Positions 10,673 to 22,251 of a stretch of DNA of 35,075 nt are shown piece by piece. The DNA is taken from contig NC_057760.1 of NCBI RefSeq assembly GCF_004010195.1, forward strand, positions 2,953,022 through 2,988,096, given 5' to 3'. The DNA is from Chiloscyllium plagiosum. Its lineage: Eukaryota. Each line of letters starts with the position of its first letter. Position 1 is the first letter of the stretch. Below the pieces are notes generated by a model. It was not told the DNA's origin. It did not search any database and saw nothing but the letters and a program-made list of their open reading frames with translations. A program made the translations under genes and the position numbers.

Positions 10673-11275
10673 GGTATTCCCTTAGATACCAGCAATCTTT
10701 CAATTGACCAGCGACTGCCTCCATACTCCTACTGTCCACAAGCTTACCAACAGTCCCAGCAGCAAGGCTACCAGCAATCCCAGCAGCCAGCATACCAGCA
10801 GACTCAATCCCAGCAGCCAACATACCAGCAGAATCAATCCCAGCAGCAAGGCTATCAGCAATCCCAGCAGCCGACATACCAGCAGACTCAATCCCAGCAG
10901 CAAGGCTACAAGCAATCCCAGCAGCCAACGTACCAGCAGACTCAATCCCAGCAGCCAACGTACCAGCAGACGCAATCCCAGCAGCCAACATACCAGCAGA
11001 CGCAATCCCAGCAGCCAACTTACCAGCAGACTCAATCCCAGCAGTCAACGTTCCAGCAGTCTCAATCCCAGCAGCCAAATTATCAACAGCCCCAGCTCTC
11101 CCAGCAGCCAGGCTACAAACAGTCTCAACTATCCCAGCAGCAGACGTACCAACAGTCCCAACCATCCCAGCAGCAAGGCTACCAGCAGTCTCCGAAAACC
11201 AGCCTACCCCAGCGGCAGCAGCAGCAGCAGGAGCCCTCCTCACGTTGTGTTCAGTCTGACAGCAACCTTGTCAGT
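10673..11275 (+). CDS. CRTC2: CRTC2-like coding exon E with a Q/Y/S/T-rich repeat
   Basis: catgttgcag| GIPLDTSNLSIDQRLPPYSY (CRTC2: [20 protein letters not shown]) ... SNLVS |gtgagt. 603 nt, phase 0/0, no stops. Confidence 0.92.
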
Positions 11276-11514
11276 GTGAGTATTTGGGTTTGGTTTAATT
11301 TGGCCATGGGATGTGGGCACCGCTGACCAACCCAGCAGATGCTGATTGGACTGATCACTGGGCCCTGATGTTTGGAGGTGGAGAATAGTTAGCAAACTGA
11401 GGGACCTTGAGCAACAAAAGGTATTGACGTTGATAAGTTTGGGATGTTTTACAAGAAAGCAAATTCAAGGTGAAAGCCGACCCTGAGAGAGAAACTGGAA
11501 TAGACATCCTTAAT

Positions 11515-11850
11515 GGGTGACACGGTGGCACAGTGGTGAGCACTGCTGCCTCACAGTACCAGAGACCCGGGTTCAGTTCACGCCTCAGGCAACTCTCTGT
11601 GTGGAGTTTGCACGTTCTTCCCGTGTCTGCGTGGGTTTCCTCCGGGTGCTCCAGTTTCCGTGCTCCAGTTTCCTCCCACAGTCCAAAGATGTGCAGGTCA
11701 GGTGGATTGGCCATGCTAAATTGCTCATAGTGTTAGGTGAGGGGGTAAATGTGGGGGAATGTCTGGGTGGGTTGCTCTTTGGAGGGTCAGTGTGGACTAG
11801 TTAGTCCGAAGGGCCTGTTTCCACATTGTAAGTAATCTAAACTAACCTAA
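11515..11850 (+). mobile_element. V-SINE (HE1-like)
   Basis: A box TGGCACAGTGG at 11526-11536, B-box-like GGTTCAGTTC, V-domain, and tail gaagggcctgtttccac..taatctaa. Confidence 0.9.
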
Positions 11851-12059
11851 TTTTAACAAGCACAATGATATGCTGACGGCTTGAAACCTGCTGCTCAGCA
11901 TGACCAGGCAACCTTACTGGATAACAAGCTGAGATCCAGTTGTCAGGCGGTTGACATGGTGGGTTCTCGACACTGTGTATATGTATGTGTGAGCTGCCAT
12001 CTCATGTGCCTTTACTCCCCTGCCCTATCCTCTGTATGACTGGCTCCGCACAAGGTGAG

Positions 12060-12267
12060 GAGAAAGTGAGGTCTGCAGATGCTGGAGGTCAGAGCTGAAA
12101 ATGTGTTGCAGGAACAGCGCAGCAGGTCAGGCAGCACCCAGGGAACAGGAGAATCGACATTTCGGGCATAAGCCTGTAGAAGGGCTTATACCCCAAACGT
12201 CGATTTTCCTGTTCCCTGGATGCTGCCTGACCTGCTGTGCTGTTCCTGCAACACATTTCCAGCTCCA
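12060..12267. mobile_element. Fold-back (inverted) Penelope-terminus mini-element with TSD
   Basis: Arms of about 80 bp are reverse complements. Direct repeat cacaaggtgag at 12049-12059 and 12268-12278. Confidence 0.8.
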
Positions 12268-12844
12268 CACAAGGTGAGCAGCCCAAATGTCTGGGTGTAC
12301 GGCTGCACTTGCACGGTCAAGGATATGCCATGACTGTACAGGAGTTAGCTATCAATGGGCAGCGCATTTGACAATGCAAGCCCATTCGTCAGTGTACCGT
12401 TCTGAGAGGCCACTGCTCTCTGCCCTGCGGCACTGTAGCGCGATGATGTCACCCACCTCCGTACTGTGAATCCATATTTGTAGAAATTACAAAGTCACCA
12501 ACTCGTATGGTTGAGCTGACGGTTAGAGATATGGTTTGGAGCATGCCCAAAGAGATGAGGTCCCAACTAGACGCAGCTCTTACCAACCCCTATGTTCGAT
12601 TTGGTGAGGAAAGGTGACTTTGATGGAATGTTGCCCAAGCTCTTAGCACTTGCATATTTGCAACCTGGAGATGATACATTCATGGTGTACACTAAAAGGC
12701 GACAGGAACCTGGCAAATAGGGCCCAAGCCATTTGTGTGCCATTTCGACCTCAGATTAATAGCTACTGTCATTTCTCACCATGTTATCACACAGACTCAC
12801 AGATGACCCTATGGTCATCTTGTTCCAGAGAAGAACCTGGCCTA

Positions 12845-13485
12845 TTTCTGATTACACAGAAAAGGGTCTGGTCTGTCTCCGATTACCCAGAAATGGGCCC
12901 GGTCTGTCTCCGATTACACAGAAAAGGGCCCGGTCTGTCTCCGATTACCCAGAAAAGGGCCCGGTCTGTCTCCGATTACCCTGGAAAGGGCCCGGTCTGT
13001 CTCCGATTACCCTGGAAAGGGCCCGGTCTGTCTCCGATTACTCAGAAAAGGGCCCGGTCTGTCTCCGATTACCCAGAAAAGGGCCCGATCTGTCTCCGAT
13101 TACCCAGAAAAGGGCCCGGTCTGTCTCCGATGACCCTGGAAAGGGCCCGGTCTGTGTCCGATTACCCAGAAAAGGGCACGGTCTGTCTCCCGATTACCCA
13201 GAAAAGGGCCCGGTCTGTCTCCGATTACCCAGAAAAGGGCCCGATCTGTCCATGATTACCCAGAAAAGGGTCTGGTCTGTCTCCGATTACCCAGAAAAGG
13301 GTCTGGTCTGTCTCCGATTACCCAGAAAAGGGCCCGATCTGTCTCCGATTACCCAGAAAAGGGCCCGGTCTGTCTCCGATTACCCAGAAAAGGGTCCGGT
13401 CTGTCTCCGATTACCCTGGAAAGGGCCCGGTCTGTCTCCGATTACCCAGACAAGGGCCCAGTCTGTCTCCGATTACTCAGAAAGG
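12845..13485. repeat. 31-bp minisatellite (ccgattacccagaaaagggcccggtctgtct)
   Basis: About 20 tandem units. Confidence 0.97.
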
Positions 13486-13745
13486 TATCAAAAAGGTTTG
13501 AGTAATGGGTAAATCTCCCTGTTAGATACTTGAGCTAAGTAGTAGCAGCACAAGTGGTGTTCCCCACTGAGAGGACGCTACCATCAAGCTATAAAAGGCT
13601 GTCTGCCAATCACACAGGTGAGAAACGTGGTATGTGAATTTCAGTGCTAGTATGTTGCCAAGGACTTGGGCCGTATATTCCAAAGGCCTGTGGATCACGT
13701 CAAACATGTCACTTAGACTGTTCAGAACAAGCAAGATGCTAATCA

Positions 13746-13959
13746 CAGTCAAGATTAGAGTGGTGCTGAAAAAGCACAGCAGGTCAGGCAGCATCCGAGG
13801 AGCAGGAACATCACCGTTTCGGGTAAAAGCCCTTCTGATGTGGCTTTTGCCTGAAACCTCGATGTTCCTGCTCCTCAGATGCTGCCTGACCTGCTGTGCT
13901 TTTTCAGCACCACTCTAATCTTGCCTGTGATCTCCAGCATCTGCAGTCCTCACTTTTGC
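13746..13959. mobile_element. Fold-back Penelope-terminus mini-element with TSD
   Basis: Inverted arms of about 90 bp. Direct repeat caag(a/g)tgctaatca at 13732-13745 and 13960-13973. Confidence 0.8.
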
Positions 13960-14744
13960 CAAGGTGCTAATCAAACCCAACCCAGCCCTGCTTGCAATTC
14001 CTAACATTATTTGAGATTCTGCAATTGACCACCATTTGCTGGGTAATCCCAAATATGTGGAGGATTGCATTGTAGAACTGTCCGTCAGGCGAGTAATGTG
14101 GTGCAGTTCCATGTATTTGAAGCTGTACATATTAATTCACAGGGCAGTGGGGTGAAGTGGATAATTAGGGGGAGCATTGGACCTAACCAATCAGAGTCAA
14201 CCATGCTGGGATTAAAATTCAAATAAAATCTAGCAGTTAACTGTCAGTCATCATGAATGTGTACACTCTCCATGGCAACGCTTTTACCAATCTAAATCCA
14301 CTTGCCAACCGATCAGCACAGTTTCCTCACACAGTATAAAATCTGGCCATCCCTTTGAATTGGTATTCTTGCAAAGCATTCTGATGAGAACCAGATGAAA
14401 AAGCTGCCAAGTGTTGGCCTCTCCTTGTGGGAGCTGGAAGTAAAGGTGATGAATGGTAACCTGAGGGAACCGAACCTTGCAGTGCAGGGATGGGGCTGAC
14501 TGGATTGTACTAAAGAGGGGCAGCATGGACTCAGTAGACCGAAGGGCCATCTCCATGCTGTAACAGCGCTGGTTTTTGGTGAGACCTCACTGGGAATACT
14601 GTGTACAGTTTCCGTGCCCACCTCGAAGGAAGGAGACCAGACAGGGAGCATTGCTTCTTTAGTGAGAGGGTTGTACTCTGATGAGGGAATCAGTATGTTA
14701 GCCATTTCTCCTCTTAACTTGAGTACAGAGATATTTCAATGAGT

Positions 14745-14915
14745 TTGCACCCGCACGCCCGTGCACACATGCACGCGTGCACACGCACATGCACACACTC
14801 GCCCGTGCACACATGCACGCGTGCACATGCGCATGCACACACTCGCCCGTGCACACATGCATGCGTGCACACGCACACGCGCATGCACACACGCGCGCGC
14901 ACACACACACACACA
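14745..14915. repeat. Alternating purine-pyrimidine (CA/CG/TG) simple repeat
   Basis: gcacacatgcacgcgtgcac... ending in (CA)n. Confidence 0.9.
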
Positions 14916-15039
14916 GTTGGGGAACCTAGCATGTGAGTGAACACACACACGATCAAGGCAACTTCTGACTTGGGTCAGGACAAATGTCTTCACTCCAAGA
15001 CTGGGAATGATTGGATTTTTAAACAATTCACTTGTGGGC

Positions 15040-15375
15040 CGTGGATGGCCAGCATTTATTGCCCATTCCTGCCTGTCTTTGAACTGAGTGCTTGCTGGGC
15101 CATTTCAGGGGGCAGCTGAGAGTCCGCTGCACTGCTATAGGTCTGGAATCGCATGAAGGCCAGACCAGGTGAGATGGCAGATTTCCTTCCCGAAGGGACA
15201 TTAATGAATCAGGTAGGGTTTCCAACAATGGATTCATGGTCATCAGTGGATTCTTAATTCCTGATCATTACTGAGATTAAATTCCACCATTGACCAGGGC
15301 AGGATTTGAACCCAGGTTCCCAGATTAATAGCTGAGTTTCTGGATTAATAGTTGGTGATTAATGCCATTAGCCTA
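15040..15375 (-). mobile_element. Second tRNA-derived SINE family (related to 26478-26828)
   Basis: Reverse complement shows GGGTTCAAATCC (B box), ggaaggaaatctgccatc..cctggtctggcct and caataaatgctggcc, shared with the + copy. Confidence 0.7.
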
Positions 15376-15784
15376 TTTCCTTCCACATGGTTGGGAATGT
15401 AAAGGGGGGGCTTTGGTCTCCAAAGGAGACGGGACAGGAAAATACATGGAAATAAAACCGTCTGATCATACTAGATGGTGGAGGAGGCTGGAAGGGCAGT
15501 CTGACAGATTCCATGGTAAGTTACTGCTGTGTCGGATCCTGATCGCTGGCACTGTCTTTTGAGGTTCCACTATGGAGTGAGAGCAGCTTGGGCAGGTCAG
15601 AGCTTCAGGAGTGGGTGACCGGGTTGTGAATGGGAACACAGAGAGGGTCAGGTTGGGCCTGAATCATATTGGCAACTGTGTGCAGATTACATTGTGCAGC
15701 AAAGCTAGGAGTGCTGAACTTTAGGTGCTGTGTCTGCACTGTCAGTCAAAGATGTTCACACTCCAATTTTCTCTTCCCTCACAG

Positions 15785-15871
15785 CGGACTTCACTGCTGA
15801 ATAAGTTCTTTGAAGATGCTTATTTTGAGCAGCAGCTCTCAAACCAGCCCACAGGTGGCCTGTCTCACCAG
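15785..15871 (+). CDS. CRTC2: CRTC2-like coding exon F
   Basis: Polypyrimidine tract ttttctcttccctcacag| and CAG|gtgagt. 87 nt, phase 0/0. RTSLLNKFFEDAYFEQQLSNQPTGGLSHQ resembles the CRTC1 DAYYEQQ..LSHQ segment. Confidence 0.87.
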
Positions 15872-16063
15872 GTGAGTGTGGCCTTCACCTGCATTCCCCG
15901 CCCCCTTCACCAGCACAGAACCTGATCTTTACTCTCAATCCCTCTCTGCAGTCCTGCCATGCTCTACTTTCTGTCTCTCCAACCCAGTCCACCCTCTACT
16001 GGTCCCAAAAACCTTCAACTCTCCTTCACCTTTCAACACCCTGCTGCTTCTATCACTCTTGTG

Positions 16064-18014
16064 GTAACCGATACCCGGGTGTGTGAGGGTGACAGGGTGA
16101 CCCGTACCCGGGTGTGTGAGGGTGACTGGGTGACCTGTACCCGGGTGTGGGAGGGTGACTGGGTGACCCGTACCCGAGTGTGTGAGGGTGACTGGGTGAC
16201 CCGTACCCGAGTGTGTGAGGGTGACTGGGTGACCCGTACCCGAGTGTGTGAGGGTGACTGGGTGACCCGTACCCGAGTGTGTGAGGGTGACTGGGTGACC
16301 CGTACCCGAGTGTGTGAGGGTGACTGGGTGACCCGTACCCGAGTGTGTGAGGGTGACTGGGTGACCCGTACCCGAGTGTGTGAGGGTGACTGGGTGACCC
16401 GTACCCGAGTGTGTGAGGGTGACTGGGTGACCCGTACCCGAGTGTGTGAGGGTGACTGGGTGACCCGTACCCGAGTGTGTGAGGGTGACTGGGTGACCCG
16501 TACCCGAGTGTGTGAGGGTGACTGGGTGACCCGTACCCGAGTGTGTGAGGGTGACTGGGTGACCCGTACCCGGGTGTGTGAGGGTGACTGGGTGACCCGT
16601 ACCCGGGTGTGTGAGGGTGACTCGGTGACCCGTACCCGGGTTTGTGAGGGTGACAGGGTGACCTGTACTCGGGTGTGTGAGGGTGACTGGGTGACCTGTA
16701 CTCGGGTGTGGGAGGGTGACTGGGTGACCCGTACCCGGGTGTGTGAGGGAGACAGGGTGACCTGTACCCGGGTGTGTGAGGGTGACAGGGTGACCCGTAC
16801 CCGAGTGTGTGAGGGTGACAGGGTGACCCGTACCCGGGTGTGTGAGGGTGACAGGGTGACCCGTACCCGGGTGTGTGAGGGTGACTGGGTGACCCGTACC
16901 CGGGTGTGTGAGGGTGACAGGGTGACCCGTACCCGGGTGTGTGAGGGTGACAGGGTGACCTGTGCCCGGGTGTGAGAGGGTGACCCGTACCCGAGTGTGT
17001 GAGGGTGACCCGTACCCGGGTGTGCGAGGGTGACTCGGTGACCTGTACCCGGGTGTGTGAGGGTGACTCGGTGACCCGTACCCGGGTGTGTGAGGGTGAC
17101 TGGGTGACCTGTACCCGGGTGTGTGAGGGTGACAGGGTGACCCGTACCCGGGTGTGTGAGGATGACAGGGTGACCCGTACCCGGGTGTGTGAGGGTGACT
17201 CGGTGACCCGTACCCGGGTGTGTGAGGGTGACAGGGTGACCTGTACCCGGGTGTGCGAGGGTGACAGGGTGACCTGTACCCGGGTGTGTGAGGGTGACAG
17301 GGTGACCCGTACCCGGCTGTGTGAGGGTGACAGGGTGACCTGTACCCGGGTGTGTGAGGGTGACTGGGTGACCCGTACCCGGGTGTGTGAGGGTGACAGG
17401 GTGACCCGTACCCGGGTGTGTGAGGGTGATCTGTACCCGGGTGTGCGAGTGTGACCCGTACCCAGGTGTGTGAGGGTGACAGGGTGACCCGTACCCGGGT
17501 GTGACAGGGTGACCCGTACCCGGGTGTGTGAGGGTGACAGGGTGACCCGTACCCGGGTGTGTGAGGGTGACAGGGTGACCCGTACCCGGGTGTGTGAGGG
17601 TGACCCGTACCCGGGTGTGTGAGGGTGACCCATACCCAGGTGTGTGAGGGTGACCCGTACCCGGGTGTGTGAGGGTGACAGGGTGACCCGTACCCGGGTG
17701 TGAGAGGGTGACCTGTACCCGGGTGTGTGAGGGTGACAGGGTGACCTGTACCCGGGTGTGCGAGGGTGACCCGTACCCGGGTGTGCGAGGGTGACCCGTA
17801 CCCGGGTGTGTGAGGGTGACAGGGTGACCCGTACCCGGGTGTATGAGCGTGACCCGTACCCGGGTGTGCGAGGGTGACCTGTACCCGGGTGTGTGAGGGT
17901 GACCCGTACCCAGGTGTGTGAGGGTGACAGGGTGACCCGTACCCGGGTGTGCGAGGGTGACCCGTACCCGGGTGTGCGAGGGTGACCCGTAACCGGGTGT
18001 GTGAGGGTGACTGG
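16064..18014. repeat. ~2-kb 33-bp/25-bp VNTR (gggtgactgggtgacccgtacccg(a/g)gtgtgtga)
   Basis: About 60 units; the 25-bp variant lacks the 8-bp gggtgac(t/a) subunit. Confidence 0.98.
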
Positions 18015-18155
18015 GCAGCATGTTGGTTTTGTGATAACTGCTGTATCTGAATTTGACCATGTGTGTGTACAGACTGAAGCAGCCTCACTGACTGGGAAGG
18101 CACTGTGTATTGAACCATTTTCCTTTTTCTCCCTCTCTCTGTCTCTCTCCTGTAG

Positions 18156-18366
18156 CTTGGGTCGTGCAGCACGGACAGGTTGGTTGCTCACGTGCCATTG
18201 AACATGAACACGTTGTGTGGAAACACTGGGAGCAGCAGTTTCCAACAGGCAGCGATGGTGGGCCTGGTAGACCGCAACGAGAGCCTGCAGGATTCACAGC
18301 TTCTGAACAAGCAGAACATGTACCCCTCCAATCAAATGGCCACAATCCCTGATATCATTCTCACAG
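18156..18366 (+). CDS. CRTC2: CRTC2-like coding exon G (ends IPDIILT)
   Basis: Long pyrimidine tract ...ctcctgtag| and AG|gtagcc. Translates LGSCSTDRLVAHVPLN..QQAAMVGL..SLQDSQLLNKQN..IPDIILT(G). Phase 0 in, phase 1 out. Confidence 0.92.
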
Positions 18367-18705
18367 GTAGCCCTGGACCTTGGTCTTCCCACATAGAGCG
18401 AAACCTAAGTCTCTTTCTCACAGCCTGATATTTTAGAATCAGCTTTCTTCAAGGATATTATTACGCACTGCTGGAGCAAGTGAGGCATGTGCCACCCTCT
18501 CTTTCACCCTTTCCCCCACCAGCTGTCAGCTCCTCACTGTCAGAGAGTCTAACCCTGGGGCCAAACTATCCTTCCCTCTGCTCCGCACTGACTGAGCGTT
18601 GACCTTCCCCTGTTGTTCTTTGCCCTGCTTCTTTGAAGTTTTGAATCCATTGAGGGTGGAGTTGAGTTCAGGGACAGTGCTTTATCATCTGTTCAGTTAT
18701 TCCCT

Positions 18706-19746
18706 ACCCACTGCCTCACACACATTGACTCTGCCTGTCCGACTGTGCCCACTGCCTCACACACACTGACTCTGCCTGTCCGACTGTGCCCACTGCCTCA
18801 CACACACTGACTCTACCTGTCCGACTGTGCCCACTGCCTCACACACACTGACTCTGCCTGTCCGACTGTGCCCACTGCCTCACACACACTGACTCTGCCT
18901 GTCCGACTAAGCCCACTGCCTCACCCTGACTCTGCCTGTCCGACTGTGCCCTCTGCCTGTCTGACTGAGCCCACTGCCTCTTGCCCACTGCCTCTCACAC
19001 ACTGACTCTGCCTGACCGACTGCGCCCACTGCCTCACACACACTAACTCTGCCTGTCCGGCTGAGCCCACTGCCTCACGCATACTGACTCTGCCTGTCCG
19101 ACTGTGCCCACTGCCTCACTTACACTGACTCTGCTTGTCCAACTGAGCCCACTGCCTCACACATACTGACTCTGCCTGTCCGACTAAGCCCACTGCCTCT
19201 CACACACTGAATCTGTCTGTCCGACAGTGCCCACAGCCTCACACTGACCATGCCTGTCCGACTGTGCCCACTGCCACACACACACTGACCCTGTCTGTCC
19301 GACTGTGCCCACAGCCTCACACTGACCATGCCTGTCCGACTGTGCCCACTGCCACACACACACTGACTCTGCCTGTCCAACTGTGCGCACTGCCTCACAC
19401 ACACCGACCCTGCCTGTCCGACTGTGCGCACTGCCTCACACACACCGACCCTGCCTGTCCAACTGTGCGCACTGCCTCACACACACCGACCCTGCCTGTC
19501 TGACTGTGCGCACTGCCTCACACACACCGACCCTGCCTGTCCGACTGTGCGCACTGCCTCACACACCCTGCCTGTCCGACTGTGCGCACTGCCTCACACA
19601 CCGACCCTGCCTGTCCGACTGTGCCCACTGCCTCACACACTGACTCTGCCTGTCCGACTGTGCCCACTGCCTCACACACACTGACTCTGCCTGTCGGACT
19701 GTGCCCACTGCCTCACACACTGACTCTGCCTGTTCGACTGTGCCCG
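18706..19746. repeat. ~41-bp minisatellite (cactgcctcacacacactgactctgcctgtccgactgtgcc)
   Basis: About 25 units with variable internal (CA)n; fills most of the last intron. Confidence 0.97.
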
Positions 19747-19832
19747 CTGTGTTTGTTTCCTATTCATTGCTTCATTGGGCAGTATATGTTGTTGTGCTGT
19801 GGTTTGCTGATGTCTCTTTGCCCTTGTCCCAG

Positions 19833-20038
19833 GTGACTCCCCTCCTGATTTCTCGAAGGAGATCACCAGTGCTCTGGCTGGTGTGCCCGGCTTCGAAGTG
19901 GATTCCCAATACCCTTTGGATGACGAGCTCAAGGTGGAGCCCCTGACTCTGGATGGACTGAGCATGCTCAGCGACCCCAACCTCACCCTCCTGTCGGACC
20001 CCACGGTGGAGGATTCGTTTCGAAATGAGCGTCTGTGA
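19833..20038 (+). CDS. CRTC2: CRTC2-like last coding exon (C-terminal transactivation domain) with stop
   Basis: cccttgtcccag| (G)[70 protein letters not shown] at 20036-20038 is immediately followed by [12 protein letters not shown] is CRTC2-type. Confidence 0.97.
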
Positions 20039-20384
20039 TAGCGGGGGCAATGGGAGAGACTGATGGGGGAAGGTGCAGTAGGGAGGAACCTGCTCCCTCA
20101 CTCCCCCCCCCCCAGCTTGGTGCCCAGCTTGGTGGGGGGGGGGGTAGGTGAATGACTATGTGGAGGTCATGTGGCCGCGGGCACTGGGAGCCATGCAGAC
20201 TGAAGTAACGGCCCTCTGTGGGGAGCCTGACAAGCTGGGGCACCAGAGCTTTGGATCTCATCCCATTGTCACTGTGCACGGATTAGTCCCAGCTTCACGC
20301 TGTACAGCGAGCTGCCTGACCCCAGGGTGCCTGTAGCTGACCCCCATCACTGATGGGGAGAGGGGTTGTTATGAGATTTGGAAA

Positions 20385-20533
20385 ACACACACACAGACGA
20401 GTACATGAGCACAAACACGTGTGCACACACACCACACAGACACACACACACACACACACAGATGAGTACATGAGCACAGATGTGTGCACACACACACACG
20501 GACACACACACGGACACACACACGGACACACAC
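20385..20533. repeat. Interrupted (CA)n microsatellite
   Basis: Seen directly. Confidence 0.9.
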
Positions 20534-21986
20534 AAAATGTAAATACTGTGTATTAAGCTTGTGGTCTGTAGATGTGAAATGACCACCTAACCTTTAAAGA
20601 GTAGAGAGAGTGAGAGAGACCCTCATGGGTTTCCATTTCTCTTTGTTTTTAAAAAGAAGGATATTTGTGAATAATTACCTATTTTACAAAAAGAAGAAAT
20701 ATATCAAATGATTTAAAGAAAGCCAGGCACTTGTGGGAAGGGTGGGGGAGGGAGGGTGAGTACAGATACTGCAGGAAGCAGATTCTATGATGTTTATGGA
20801 GGAGACTGAGAGGGAGGGAAGTGAGTGACAGGGAGAGGCCGTACCCGGAACATGAGAGGCTGATGGGCCCTGCTCTGTGGCCAGCATTGCACTACCTCTC
20901 ATTGGCCGGCTGTCTGTCGTAGTAAGACTGATGGTAAAGGAACACTGTCCTCTGTGTGCTGTGTGTACGCTGCAGGAGCACCAGCTTAACTCGAGGCAAG
21001 GCTCAATCAGACACGCTCACCACAGCTCACTGGATTCATTCTGCACAATTAACCCAGACAATACAGGATCTAACAAGGACAACTGATCCCCAGTGAGTCA
21101 GTGTGAACCCAACAGGCTTTCCCAGCCAAGGCTGTGCATGTTCCTTCAGCAGCACTCCATCACTCTCATCGATACAGTCAGCTTTTTCTTTCTCTACACT
21201 GTGTATAGCAATGGCAATTGTAACTCTGACTGAAACCAGCTTTCCCCCTCCTGCGATCTTCCCACTCGATCCCTGCACGCCAGAGGGGGTCATGGTACTG
21301 GGGAGTTTAGGACAGTGTGTTTAGTCTAGGATTGAATTCTGTCTCTTTGCACCTTCTGCACAGATTGTGTCATCTGACTGTCAACTGTACAGTGACATAG
21401 TTCTCAGTGCAGCATCTCAGCTGAATGGACAGTGCATCAAAACCCCAATACAGTCCAGTCTTCCACTGAGGACAGGTCTGTCACTGTATAACACTGGGGT
21501 ACAGTACTGGTGGGGACAGGTCAGTCCCTGTATAACTCTGGGGTACAGTACTGGTGGGGACAGGTCTGTGTATAACACTGGGGTACAGTACTGGTGGGGA
21601 CAGGTATGTTGCTGTATAACTGGGGTACAGTACTGGTGGGGACAGGTCTGTCACTGTATAACACTAGGGTACAGTACTGGTGGGGACAGGTCAGTCCCTG
21701 TATAGCTCTGGGGTACAGTAATGTTGGGGACAGGTCTGTCACTGTATAACTCTGGGGTACAGTACTGGTGGGGACAGGTATGTTGCTGTATAACTGGGGT
21801 ACAGTACTGTTGGGACAGGTCTGTCACTATAACTCTGGGGTACAGTACTGGTGGGGACTGGTCTGTCTCTGTATAACACTGGGGTACAGTACTGGTGGGG
21901 ACAGGTCTGTCACTGTATAACACTGGGGTACAGTACTGGTGGGGACAGGTCTGTCACTGTATAACACTGGGGTACAGTACTGGTGG

Positions 21987-22214
21987 AGAAAGTGAGGTCT
22001 GCAGATGCTGGAGATCAGAGCTGAAAATGTGTTGCTGGAAAAGCGCAGCAGGTCAGGCAGCATCCAGGGAACAGGAGAATCGACGTTTCGGGCATAAGCC
22101 CTTCTTCAGGAATACGATACCCATTCCTGAAGAAGGGCTTATGGCCGAAACGTCATTTCTCCTGTTCCCTGGATGCTGCCTGACCTGCTGTGCTTTTCCA
22201 GCAACACATTTTCA
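21987..22214. mobile_element. Fold-back Penelope-terminus element with hammerhead-like motifs on both strands
   Basis: Arms about 22022-22113 and 22123-22215 around the spacer acgataccc. Motifs at 22082-22109 (-) and 22127-22154 (+). 15-bp direct repeat gtacagtactggtgg at 21972-21986 and 22215-22229. Confidence 0.85.
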
Positions 22215-22251
22215 GTACAGTACTGGTGGGGACAGGTCGGTCACTGTATAA

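Noticed and set aside
10662..11279. Antisense and alternate-frame ORFs over exon E
   Set aside because: Shadows of the CAG-rich coding repeat.
11515..11590. tRNA-like sequence with A/B boxes
   Set aside because: Head of a SINE, continuous with the V-domain and tail; not a tRNA gene.
12650..13512. Repetitive ORFs in three frames
   Set aside because: Translation of a 31-bp minisatellite.
14745..14915. Z-DNA-forming tract as a regulatory element
   Set aside because: Ordinary intronic simple repeat; nothing supports a function.
15935..18245. Long ORFs (675-745 aa, HPGTGHPVTLT repeats)
   Set aside because: Stop-free translations of an intronic VNTR, open in several frames; no independent sign of coding.
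21500..21509. TACAGTACTG matches the first 10 nt of miR-101 as recalled
   Set aside because: Part of a satellite unit; the rest of the miRNA and a precursor hairpin are absent.
21470..21986. CRISPR-like appearance of the tandem arrays (here and elsewhere)
   Set aside because: No unique spacers, no cas genes, and a vertebrate context.
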